Shown in pieces: positions 47,595-55,819 of a DNA stretch of 64,000 nt. The position numbers and the translations under genes are program-made. Below the pieces are notes generated by a model that saw only the letters and a list, made by a program, of their open reading frames with translations, was not told the DNA's origin and ran no database searches. Position 1 is the stretch's first letter; each line of letters opens with the position of its first letter. This DNA comes from Escherichia phage HansTraber_Bas100, in the sequence record PQ850605.1. One strand, written 5' to 3'.

Positions 47595-48089
47595 ATGATC
47601 ATCCATCGCCCTTTAATGTTAAACAAAGAAGAAGCTAAAGAAATTTTACACGCATTGAGACGTGCAGAAGCAGATGTTAACCTTCGTGTAAGGGTGAGAG
47701 ACTTTATCATGAAGGAGTTTGAAAGTGATGACGTTGACTATGCCATTGATGAATTACTGAAGCGCAACGTCAAAGGCGCAACAAGACCCATTTGCCATCA
47801 ATCACGTTGCGTACAAGTTCCTATCAAGACTTATGTTGATAAAAAGCCGCGCCTTAAGCCTGTTCCGGCTGATAAAATAGAAGTCGGTGATGTTATCGTC
47901 TGCGTCTATTACGGCAGTCAGATTTTCAATGCTGTTGTAGTAAGGCGATACAGCATAAACGGTTGCCAATACATGGAAGTGACAAACGCAAAGAAAGAAC
48001 CTGGCAGCTTGAACGTGGCTTACGCATTAAGGGAATTCAGCAGTCCTTCTTGCACTCTTTATAAGGTACTCGACCATGGCTCATGTTAA
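47595..48089 (+). CDS. hypothetical early protein
   Basis: ORF track. Confidence 0.4.
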   Translation: MIIHRPLMLNKEEAKEILHALRRAEADVNLRVRVRDFIMKEFESDDVDYAIDELLKRNVKGATRPICHQSRCVQVPIKTYVDKKPRLKPVPADKIEVGDVIVCVYYGSQIFNAVVVRRYSINGCQYMEVTNAKKEPGSLNVAYALREFSSPSCTLYKVLDHGSC

Positions 48090-48423
48090 AGACGAAGTGT
48101 TGTTTGGCGCAGAGATTAAGAAACGTGTCAGAGAAATGGCAGGAGAAGAAAGAGTGAAGCCGCTGCGAAAAGGTTTTGATCACATCAATGGTGTATCCGG
48201 CACGAAGGAGATGGGCGTGTTGGTAAAAGACATTCGCATTGGCGATGTCATGGTCATCGACCGACAAGCGCGCGTCGTTATCCAGGTACAGACGAACGAT
48301 GATGAAGGTTGTGTCCTATTGAAGCTGAAGAAGCTTTCATCAAGCCCAGCGAAGGCCGTTATCAAGAAGGTGTGGCCCGAAGGGTTACGCAAACTCATCC
48401 GTCGACCCGTGGAGAATGTATAA
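48076..48423 (+). CDS. hypothetical early protein
   Basis: ORF track. Confidence 0.4.
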   Translation: MAHVKDEVLFGAEIKKRVREMAGEERVKPLRKGFDHINGVSGTKEMGVLVKDIRIGDVMVIDRQARVVIQVQTNDDEGCVLLKLKKLSSSPAKAVIKKVWPEGLRKLIRRPVENV

Positions 48424-48659
48424 TGGAAGATTATATCAACGCTATGTATATGGCATTCTATGTCGTGCAACTTCCGAATGGCGCGGTATTCTATGGCGAG
48501 TATACCTTTGACGTTCAATATGACGTTTCAGAGCGTACAGTGTTAACAAGGGAGTTGATTGCTGACCTTAAGGACGACATCAAACGCGTCGCGCGGCAGC
48601 AGTTCAATTTGGATGACACAGTCATCGTTCGAATTACCGGAATAACAGAGGTGCAGTGA
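48423..48659 (+). CDS. hypothetical early protein (78 aa)
   Basis: Internal ATG at 48423 overlapping the upstream stop (TAATG). Confidence 0.35.
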   Translation: MEDYINAMYMAFYVVQLPNGAVFYGEYTFDVQYDVSERTVLTRELIADLKDDIKRVARQQFNLDDTVIVRITGITEVQ

Positions 48660-48988
48660 TGACCCGTGATCAGATACTCGCCGCGCACAGACGCGGATCA
48701 GTAAAAGACATCTGGAAAAGACACAACGCCTTTGCCGAAGCCTATTACTTCTTAAAGAAGTGCATAAAAGAGAATGTGAGGATGGGCGATACCGTTTTGA
48801 CATTCAACCTTTTGTCTTATGGCAATAAGCTTAATGCAATATATGCTTGTCGCCTTGCAAGCATGAGGTTTGATGCAGGCAGCGACGGAGAGTTGACCAT
48901 CTATCGATTCTCTCACCGGACGGGTGATACAAAGATAACAAGGACAAGGCACGAGATAGAGATTGACCTACTCCACTATGTAAAATGA
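48656..48988 (+). CDS. hypothetical early protein
   Basis: ORF track. Confidence 0.4.
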   Translation: MMTRDQILAAHRRGSVKDIWKRHNAFAEAYYFLKKCIKENVRMGDTVLTFNLLSYGNKLNAIYACRLASMRFDAGSDGELTIYRFSHRTGDTKITRTRHEIEIDLLHYVK

Positions 48989-49006
48989 ATATCAAAAAGG
49001 TGATTT

Positions 49007-49201
49007 ATGAGTGTTAAACTAGACATACAGAAAACTCTTGATAAGGCCGCTGCAATAAAGAACTTCATGGATTGTTATGCCAGTTGCACGCTTTATGGAA
49101 GCGTTCCAAACGGCGACGTAAGACCGGAAAGCATGCTTGAGTGGCTTGTTGAACATCGTTACATCATCGACATAGTTGATGAATACATAAAGCAGAAATG
49201 A
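49007..49201 (+). CDS. hypothetical early protein
   Basis: ORF track; AAAGGTGA RBS. Confidence 0.35.
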   Translation: MSVKLDIQKTLDKAAAIKNFMDCYASCTLYGSVPNGDVRPESMLEWLVEHRYIIDIVDEYIKQK

Positions 49202-49224
49202 ATATCAAAAGGTGAGCTAAATGC

Positions 49225-49253
49225 TTGCCTTTTCTTTTATCAATACTTATACT
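49225..49253 (+). promoter_or_regulatory. sigma70-like promoter (TTGCCT-17-TATACT) within a repeated intergenic element
   Basis: Hexamers with 17-nt spacer; element repeated at 50478..50505. Confidence 0.4.
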
Positions 49254-49285
49254 CTTTTCATCAAGACGAACAAGTGAGGTGAATT

Positions 49286-49603
49286 ATGATTTACTTAGGA
49301 ATGGACGAAGACGCGCACAAAGACCTTTCAAGGGTGCCAAACGTTAAGTTAGACACAGCTGTACACATCAAGCCTTGGCCAATCGCCCACCCCGACGTAG
49401 TTGTACCAGTTGCGCCTGGCACGCGTTACGTGGCCATTGATGACGACGGAGTAATTCACTGTTATTCGGAAAAACCAAAGTATATAAAGCAATATCACGG
49501 TTGGTTTTTGGACGAGCACGCAATGGCGCGTTACTGCGGCGAAGTCGGTCTGGAAGGCTGGAGCTTCGAGGCTAGTGAATCGTGTGTCGAGGTGCAATTA
49601 TGA
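49286..49603 (+). CDS. hypothetical early protein
   Basis: ORF track; AGGTGA RBS. Confidence 0.4.
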   Translation: MIYLGMDEDAHKDLSRVPNVKLDTAVHIKPWPIAHPDVVVPVAPGTRYVAIDDDGVIHCYSEKPKYIKQYHGWFLDEHAMARYCGEVGLEGWSFEASESCVEVQL

Positions 49604-49818
49604 ATGCCGCGCTGGGTAAGCTGTCTTTCAACAAGCGCAACGAGTTGCGTATGGTGTCGCGCTTTCAACAAACGCATTTATCACTAATCAAGATTGCAAA
49701 CAAGGCCTACTCTCTAAATTGTCCTGAAGAAGAATGGAAAGAATTGAATGAGCGTCGTAAACAATTACAAAAGGCTGCATTTAAGCTGCAGCAATATGCT
49801 ATGGAGTATGCAAAATGA
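49600..49818 (+). CDS. hypothetical early protein (72 aa)
   Basis: Internal ATG at 49600 overlapping the upstream stop (ATGA). Confidence 0.35.
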   Translation: MNAALGKLSFNKRNELRMVSRFQQTHLSLIKIANKAYSLNCPEEEWKELNERRKQLQKAAFKLQQYAMEYAK

Positions 49819-50198
49819 GAATGAAGCGTTGCCCTTATTGCCACGATGTGATGCACCTTCCACACGAAGAGTTCGTGCAGCACATGATTAACTGTGATAA
49901 GAATCCTAAGAGCGAAAGCGAACTTGAACAGAGGATGTTACTTATTGCATTCAAGACGTCATCTTATCACCGCCAATTAAGTTATGGAGAGCGATGCGAC
50001 TCTGGGTCGACAACAACATTGATAACAGACATTGACTCAATTCAAATTTCTGTCTGGCTAAATGTAAAAGAGGGAATTACACCGCACATAATATCGCGCA
50101 TACAATCTCAGATTCTACAAATTAAGCGCGAACATAACAAGCGTATTGCAGAAGTAAAAGTTTTATCCATAACGCCGATGAATAAGGAGTTGCCGTGA
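49815..50198 (+). CDS. zinc-finger-like early protein
   Basis: N-terminal CPYCHD...H...C cluster. Confidence 0.4.
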   Translation: MRMKRCPYCHDVMHLPHEEFVQHMINCDKNPKSESELEQRMLLIAFKTSSYHRQLSYGERCDSGSTTTLITDIDSIQISVWLNVKEGITPHIISRIQSQILQIKREHNKRIAEVKVLSITPMNKELP

Positions 50199-50455
50199 AC
50201 AAGGGTCCGATGAATAAGTTGGCCGTTGCCGCGCGGAAGCTTCGACAAGCCGTTAATGGGTCGCGGCCCGTGGCGTTAACACTCGACGATGCAAAGGCAT
50301 TGGTAGAGCTACTCGACGAGCACAACAGACGCAAGAATCTGGAGAACACATTACGATGGCGCGTTACTCCAGCCGGGCGGGAGAGCGAGAAGAAAGCTTA
50401 CTTGCGACGCAAACTAAGGTCGGTCGGCCTCCACGAAGAGGCGAAGAATATTTAA
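50195..50455 (+). CDS. hypothetical basic early protein
   Basis: ORF track. Confidence 0.4.
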   Translation: MNKGPMNKLAVAARKLRQAVNGSRPVALTLDDAKALVELLDEHNRRKNLENTLRWRVTPAGRESEKKAYLRRKLRSVGLHEEAKNI

Positions 50456-50477
50456 TTCAAAAAGGTGAGCTAAGTGC

Positions 50478-50505
50478 TTGCCTTTTTATTTGCCTGTATT
50501 ATACT
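50478..50505 (+). promoter_or_regulatory. sigma70-like promoter (TTGCCT-16-TATACT), second copy of the repeated intergenic element
   Basis: Near-identical context to 49199..49260 (AAAAGGTGAGCTAA(A/G)TGCTTGCCTTTT...TATACT). Confidence 0.4.
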
Positions 50506-50533
50506 TAGTTCATCAAGCAAAGGAGAGGTGATT

Positions 50534-50839
50534 ATGAGTTGCGACGAAAGGTTTGGCAGAAGCGGATTGTTTCATGATGCTGTATACAAAGACAGCCAAG
50601 ATGTTGTCTGCGTAGCGTTGAATGAATCTTATAACGGTGTGTTCAAGCCGTTCAAAATCGGTGAGACATACGAGCTGTTTCACGGATGGTTGACGCGTCG
50701 CAACAACCTTCCTGATATGGAAGTCTGGTGGATAGAATACAAGGGTCAGGCTCATCGGTGCAAGGTTGTAGAGATGCACGGCGTCAAATACTATCAATCG
50801 ATTATCAGCGGCTTTGTTTTTAAAGAGGGTGAGCTATGA
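50534..50839 (+). CDS. hypothetical early protein
   Basis: Internal ATG at 50534 with AGGAGAGG RBS. Confidence 0.4.
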   Translation: MSCDERFGRSGLFHDAVYKDSQDVVCVALNESYNGVFKPFKIGETYELFHGWLTRRNNLPDMEVWWIEYKGQAHRCKVVEMHGVKYYQSIISGFVFKEGEL

Positions 50840-51141
50840 GTACCGAAGCGATGAAGAAAAAGATTTTGAACGCTTTGCAAGAAGCCGTGAATTGTGGTGC
50901 CATTAAAGAGTTCAATGAAGCGGAAGTTAGCGGAGAGAATGCAATAGGATTCAGCAATAATCAAGGTGGAATTGCCGCGATACTTTTATTAAATAACAGC
51001 GATGACAAGTTTATCCTTTACGTCGGCGGGTATGAGCTTGTTGTCGATGATTTATTCATCACCTGTGCCGACGGCCTTAATCCTATGTTAACATTTGAGC
51101 GCTGTGGCATCCGTGTTGCAACATTTGGAGGGAAGTTATGA
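50836..51141 (+). CDS. hypothetical early protein
   Basis: ORF track. Confidence 0.4.
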   Translation: MSTEAMKKKILNALQEAVNCGAIKEFNEAEVSGENAIGFSNNQGGIAAILLLNNSDDKFILYVGGYELVVDDLFITCADGLNPMLTFERCGIRVATFGGKL

Positions 51142-51350
51142 GACTAAGCCTAGCACAAATTCAAACGTTGTACCGAATGGAAGATGGAACGCCATACATG
51201 CTGCGCGGCGACCGAAAGAAGGCTTATGAAAGCGGCCTTCGTTATTCCATGACGTCAACGCGCCATCCATCCCTGTCTTATTCCGGTTGGGCCTTGTTGA
51301 TTGGGCGATGCCAGGAGAGAAAGACACAACGCGATATTCATCCGTGGTGA
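51138..51350 (+). CDS. hypothetical early protein
   Basis: ORF track. Confidence 0.35.
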   Translation: MRLSLAQIQTLYRMEDGTPYMLRGDRKKAYESGLRYSMTSTRHPSLSYSGWALLIGRCQERKTQRDIHPW

Positions 51351-51413
51351 TGACAAAAGCAGGTCGCGCAGCATTAAAAGAGATTAAAGAGAATATGACC
51401 GGAGGTAAATATT

Positions 51414-51578
51414 ATGACATCAAATCTTAAAGCCCGTTTATTATTCATCAAGCCGCATGTGCCGTATAAGATTAGTAAGCGCACCTGGCTTAACATCTAC
51501 AACCGCAGCGGCGACCGTTGCTTGTACAAGGCCAAGCGGCGCAAGAAAACCTATTCACACAATACGCAATCTAATTGA
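51414..51578 (+). CDS. small basic protein (54 aa)
   Basis: ATG with GGAGG RBS 7 nt upstream; Lys/Arg-rich. Confidence 0.3.
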   Translation: MTSNLKARLLFIKPHVPYKISKRTWLNIYNRSGDRCLYKAKRRKKTYSHNTQSN

Positions 51579-51593
51579 ATCAGGAGTAAAGAA

Positions 51594-52103
51594 ATGAAAA
51601 TTGAACAACTTGAAGCAGTTCTGGAAATGGCTGTAAAGGCCGGAGCAATCAAAAGCTACAGCCGCGAGAAGTCTGATGATGCTGCGCACTTTTGTCGCAA
51701 CTTCTATATCGTCGGCAACCTTAATGACCACTACACCATCGAGTGGTATACAAATGTCATGACTCTTAAGTCGCGCACCATGGAGCTTTGGTGCGATGAC
51801 GTTTGCCTTTCTCATAGTCACCCGTGCTACGACGTTGCAATTGGATTCTTTCACGAAAGCAAACGTCCAATTGCCCACATCGGCGAGAAGCATGAGCATT
51901 TGAAGGATAAACAAAAGACTGCTGACGGTTGGATTGATTGGGATGGTGGAGACTTGAATCCAGTCCCAGGTAAGAAGGTGCTTTACATGCTGCGCGACGG
52001 TGCTACAGCGACAAAGCCGATTGCATCAAATGAATTGCGCTGGGAGAAGATTGAGCGCCACCGCGACGGCGATGTCATTAAATACAAAGTCGTGGAGGAA
52101 TAA
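51594..52103 (+). CDS. hypothetical early protein; C-terminal domain shared with 53110..53535
   Basis: C-terminus DWDGGDLNPVPGKKVLYMLRDG...IKYKVVEE parallels VWLGGDNPVPGEIVEYKLRNG...IAYRVVKEG. Confidence 0.4.
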   Translation: MKIEQLEAVLEMAVKAGAIKSYSREKSDDAAHFCRNFYIVGNLNDHYTIEWYTNVMTLKSRTMELWCDDVCLSHSHPCYDVAIGFFHESKRPIAHIGEKHEHLKDKQKTADGWIDWDGGDLNPVPGKKVLYMLRDGATATKPIASNELRWEKIERHRDGDVIKYKVVEE

Positions 52104-52444
52104 TGGAAGAGCAAGAAGGCCGTGAGCTAACGTTCGACGAGCAAATGCAAGAGCTTCAGCGCACATCGCCGCTGCGCGGTAAGGTTGTTGACATCGAGGC
52201 GAGCGAATCCAATCTCACCCAGTGGCGGCTCAAGTGCACCAGCACAAGCAAAGAGCTGTCGAGCTTCAAGGTCGGTCAGACCTATTTGCTTTATGAGGCA
52301 AAAGGACTTATTATTGATGGAAGGCAAATTGTCTTCACGGTAGTCAGCGGAATGCGCTGGTTCGTGAAGCGTGATGTCGAGGGCCGTGACATGTTTGTCG
52401 CAGGCTTTCCAGAAACAAGATTCCAATTGGAGAAGGTTAAATGA
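52103..52444 (+). CDS. hypothetical early protein
   Basis: ORF track. Confidence 0.4.
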   Translation: MEEQEGRELTFDEQMQELQRTSPLRGKVVDIEASESNLTQWRLKCTSTSKELSSFKVGQTYLLYEAKGLIIDGRQIVFTVVSGMRWFVKRDVEGRDMFVAGFPETRFQLEKVK

Positions 52445-53106
52445 CTAATAAAACGCAGCGCATTAATTTCGAAGGCAAAGAATATGAAATCGATGCTCGT
52501 GCAAAGTTTATCGCGCGCGATTCTAACGGAACCATCTGGGCGTATGAGGGAAAGCCTGCATGGAACGATTGGCGCGGCCAGTGGGGATGTGCAATTGGCG
52601 ATTCACTTTGGTGTAAGCAAATTGGTGATGGAAAGATGTTCGAAGAGAATAGACCATCATCACGTGATTCATTGAAGGAAGTTGAATCAATCAAAATCCA
52701 AGACCAAGCGCCATCGACCGATAATCAATACGCAGTCGGACAACGTGACATCGAGCAACTCGACGAGGGCGGCTATTATACGCGCCACATCTATGCCATG
52801 ACTCAAGAAGGACTTTACAGCAAGTCGGACATCGCCGCTGAACTGGCCCATCGTGACTTGCAAATTGACCTTATGAGAAATTCAGGTGAAGAATATACTG
52901 TTGTCAAAATGGTCAATGCTCCTGGTAGCGTTTATGCATTCCCGACCAGCGATAACAGCGACGGCATAATCTATGAGATTGTTGACGGTCAACCTTGTCG
53001 CACCACTTGGATGCGTTTCGAACTCCTTCGCGCAATCGAATATAAACGCGCAAAAGTAATTGGAAAGGCCAACGTAAAATTAACTATTCAATACAAACAG
53101 GATTAA
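52441..53106 (+). CDS. hypothetical early protein
   Basis: ORF track. Confidence 0.4.
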   Translation: MTNKTQRINFEGKEYEIDARAKFIARDSNGTIWAYEGKPAWNDWRGQWGCAIGDSLWCKQIGDGKMFEENRPSSRDSLKEVESIKIQDQAPSTDNQYAVGQRDIEQLDEGGYYTRHIYAMTQEGLYSKSDIAAELAHRDLQIDLMRNSGEEYTVVKMVNAPGSVYAFPTSDNSDGIIYEIVDGQPCRTTWMRFELLRAIEYKRAKVIGKANVKLTIQYKQD

Positions 53107-53109
53107 ATC

Positions 53110-53535
53110 ATGATACAACGTTACGACCTGACATATGATGTGGTATCAGAAGATTGCGCCATCACTCCCGTTCCAGAGAGTCATGAAGGACGTTTTGTTG
53201 CATATGAGGACTATGAATCATTGCTCAAACTTAATGAGTCGCTAACAAAAGAGATCGAGCAATACCGCGAGCGCATCAAAGCCGCTGAAGATGTTATCAA
53301 GCTTTTTAGCGAGGCTGTTGATAAATACAAGGAGTGCAACGTACCGATTAAGGAGGAAGCGTGGACCGTGTGGCTTGGCGGCGATAATCCGGTGCCTGGC
53401 GAGATTGTTGAATACAAGCTGCGCAATGGAGGTGATAAAGTACTGTCGAGACTTTCTGACTATCTTCACTGGGGTCATATAGGAGCACTCAAAGGCAGCG
53501 ACATCATTGCTTATCGGGTTGTTAAGGAGGGGTGA
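53110..53535 (+). CDS. hypothetical early protein; C-terminal domain shared with 51594..52103
   Basis: See 51594..52103. Confidence 0.4.
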   Translation: MIQRYDLTYDVVSEDCAITPVPESHEGRFVAYEDYESLLKLNESLTKEIEQYRERIKAAEDVIKLFSEAVDKYKECNVPIKEEAWTVWLGGDNPVPGEIVEYKLRNGGDKVLSRLSDYLHWGHIGALKGSDIIAYRVVKEG

Positions 53536-54068
53536 TGGGTAACGATGCAGGATGGGGCAAGCCGCGATACTCAAAACTTGCCCACTACTTTGACGACGGC
53601 GAGCAAATCAGCTTGTGCGGTAAATTCAGCAAAGGCAATACAGAGTTGACCGATGCTCAAGAAATGGAATCAAGTTTGACAATTGGTGATTGCTCTAAGT
53701 GCAGAAAGGCATTATATGAGTTATTAACTCTAAGGGGATTGAAAGCGGCAAAATCAAGGGATGAATGGGTCATTAACGTCTGTGAAGGGAATCCAGAATT
53801 AATGGATGAATTGCTGAAAACAGATGCCGTAAATGCAATTTTCAAAAGGCATTATAAAACTTGTATGCGTTACAAGATGAATGATGATATTATTTTTATG
53901 GTATTATCTTATTCAAGGAGCACAATGGACGTCAAAAAGCTTCGACAATATCGCCACAAGGTCATGTGTGAATTGCGCCGTTTAGGAGTTATTGTGGATA
54001 ATAATGTCATTAAAACGGAATTGAAGAAGCGTGATAAAAGGAATGGTGACTGGAAGGTCAGCGGATAA
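53532..54068 (+). CDS. hypothetical early protein
   Basis: ORF track. Confidence 0.4.
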   Translation: MMGNDAGWGKPRYSKLAHYFDDGEQISLCGKFSKGNTELTDAQEMESSLTIGDCSKCRKALYELLTLRGLKAAKSRDEWVINVCEGNPELMDELLKTDAVNAIFKRHYKTCMRYKMNDDIIFMVLSYSRSTMDVKKLRQYRHKVMCELRRLGVIVDNNVIKTELKKRDKRNGDWKVSG

Positions 54069-54330
54069 ATAAACACTGTTTACGTGTTTTGAAGAATGGA
54101 ATGTGTGCAATTGGTCGCTTTATGCGGCCTTTTGTCGTTTGGGTCGTGTTTTGCGATGGAATGATTATGAGGTTGTGTTTTATTTATTGATTGTGCGGAA
54201 ATATTTAGAAATATATATAAACAGGATTGTTAATATTTTAATAGTGTATGGCTATTGGTCCGTGGTGTTTGTTAGATTATATCTATGGATTGAAATTTTA
54301 GTGTCGTGAAACGTGGTTTTGAACACATTT

Positions 54331-54700
54331 GATACGCCTAAAATACGGTTAAAAATTAAGCGTATCATGGCTGCAGGCCGCGCCGTTGCTGGATTCCTAT
54401 TTTCAAAAGTGGTACACCCTTACGTCATGATACGTCATGGTTTTCTATCCGTAAGAGTGTACAGCCCTTGCCGCGCCTGGCTTGTACATTAATCTTACGG
54501 ATGATACGGATAAAACTGAGCATCGTTATATATAGAATTCGAAAAATTAATTAACTCCATTTTAAAAACATTTATATTAATTTTTTTCATATCCTCATAC
54601 TTATGTTAATTTATATATTTAACGTATCATCCGTAAGATATAAGTAAAAACAAAGACTTGCGGCAATACGGATGATACGTCATGATACGCTTCAACCAGC
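54331..54700. repeat. second iteron-like ATCCGTATC/GATACGGAT repeat region with similar AT-rich core
   Basis: Same architecture as 2108..2373; core TATATAGAATTCGAAAAATTAATTAAC closely resembles the first region. Confidence 0.6.
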
Positions 54701-54917
54701 CAGCAGCGGCTAAGTCATTGATTTGCATAACAAGCGGCGAAAGGGATGGATTTCTTTTATACGTATCAAACAGTACACCACGCACCACGGTCCGCTATTC
54801 ATTCAGCACTATGATTTATGTACTTTTACAGCCAATCTGAACATCAATCTGCACTTGAATATAATGTTCATTCATTGTATAATTCACACTATTAATTTGC
54901 ACTATGGGATTTGCACT

Positions 54918-55391
54918 ATGAGTCAAGATTATGTAGCAATGCCTGAAGACTTTGAAGACCCGCGATTTGCAGAGCATAATCAGGCATTATTCGATGAGTT
55001 CATTGACCTTGTTATTCAGGGCCATGACATGCGCGCAGCTTTTGCACTAGTATTTGGCATGGAGGTTGCGACCGATAACTACACTGGCCAGCGAATCCTC
55101 TGCACGCAACGCAATCCGTACTACAAGATGCGCTACAAAAAGCGTATGGAAGAGATGCCATTGAAGGAATTGTGGAGCGTAAAGAGTTCCATCCACAATT
55201 TAGTGAAGCTTGTGCGTGATCCAGAAGTCGCGGCGTCAGCCAAGCTTAATGCCATTCGTGAACTGAATATCATCTACGGCATCACGATGATTGATGAAAA
55301 TGGCAATAGTAAAATGGGCCGTTCCATGGACGATTTCTACAAGGATTTTGGAGAGGCAGCCAAAGAGGGTGAGCAATTCTCCCGCCACTAG
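54918..55391 (+). CDS. hypothetical protein (158 aa); start codon embedded in the ATTTGCACTATG motif
   Basis: Internal ATG at 54918 preceded by two motif copies; phage-like base composition; function unknown. Confidence 0.4.
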   Translation: MSQDYVAMPEDFEDPRFAEHNQALFDEFIDLVIQGHDMRAAFALVFGMEVATDNYTGQRILCTQRNPYYKMRYKKRMEEMPLKELWSVKSSIHNLVKLVRDPEVAASAKLNAIRELNIIYGITMIDENGNSKMGRSMDDFYKDFGEAAKEGEQFSRH

Positions 55392-55408
55392 CCAATTTGC
55401 ACTATAAA

Positions 55409-55446
55409 ATGGCCCTAGAACACATTTTCTCCACTTCTAGGGCCAT
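55409..55446. other. perfect 12-bp-stem hairpin (ATGGCCCTAGAA / TTCTAGGGCCAT, 14-nt loop)
   Basis: Perfect inverted repeat 3 nt after the motif copy at 55394-55405 and 18 nt after the stop of 54918..55391; no T-run. Confidence 0.5.
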
Positions 55447-55505
55447 CGGTAATACGACGGGGAAGGTTACAACCATAAACGCGTTAGAAAGTGTATTATT
55501 ATAAG

Positions 55506-55769
55506 TCATCTTTTAGTCACTTTACGTAACAATTTACGACCTTCCGCCGTCCAGTCGAACGACTCCACCAGCAGATTTGCACTATAACCTAAGACGATGC
55601 GTCCCTTCTCGTTATCGACCCGCCAACAAGTCTCGAATAGCATTCGATTTGCACTATTAACTATCGCCGCGACGCGCGTTGGGTAAGCGCAATTTGCACT
55701 ATGGTCATAAAGGGATAAGGTGCGACCGCTTCCGATGGACAACGTAGCGATAAGAATAAGCGTATTCAT
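55506..55769 (-). CDS. doubtful ORF reading through the motif array (motif encodes S-A-N three times)
   Basis: ORF track; hydrophobic N-terminus MNTLILIATLSIGSG; weak RBS; may be an artefact of the in-phase DNA repeats. Confidence 0.2.
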   Translation of the reverse strand: MNTLILIATLSIGSGRTLSLYDHSANCAYPTRVAAIVNSANRMLFETCWRVDNEKGRIVLGYSANLLVESFDWTAEGRKLLRKVTKR

Positions 55770-55819
55770 AAGCCACCAATTTGCACTATGAAAAGCGACC
55801 CCGAAGGGCCGCCATTCGA

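Larger units (their letters stand above)
54894..55789 (+). repeat. array of 11-13 bp motif (c)AATTTGCACTAT, 7 copies
   Basis: Copies at 54894-54905, 54909-54919, 55394-55405, 55575-55585, 55647-55657, 55691-55702, 55778-55789; same orientation; six of them spaced by multiples of 3 nt. Confidence 0.7.

Noticed and set aside
54103-54309. 68-aa + strand ORF in the GT-rich/AT-rich region
   Set aside because: Low-complexity composition (Tyr/Leu/Ile/Val-rich), no RBS, lies in the repeat-bearing regulatory region.
2108-54700. The two ATCCGTATC-repeat regions as terminal repeats or assembly duplication
   Set aside because: The regions share architecture and a similar core but differ in sequence and length, and flanking genes differ.
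54918-55391. Small terminase subunit call for this gene, with the motif array as a pac site
   Set aside because: Gene order implies terminase and portal lie upstream of the head morphogenesis gene outside the window, and no large terminase follows this gene; sequence evidence is insufficient.
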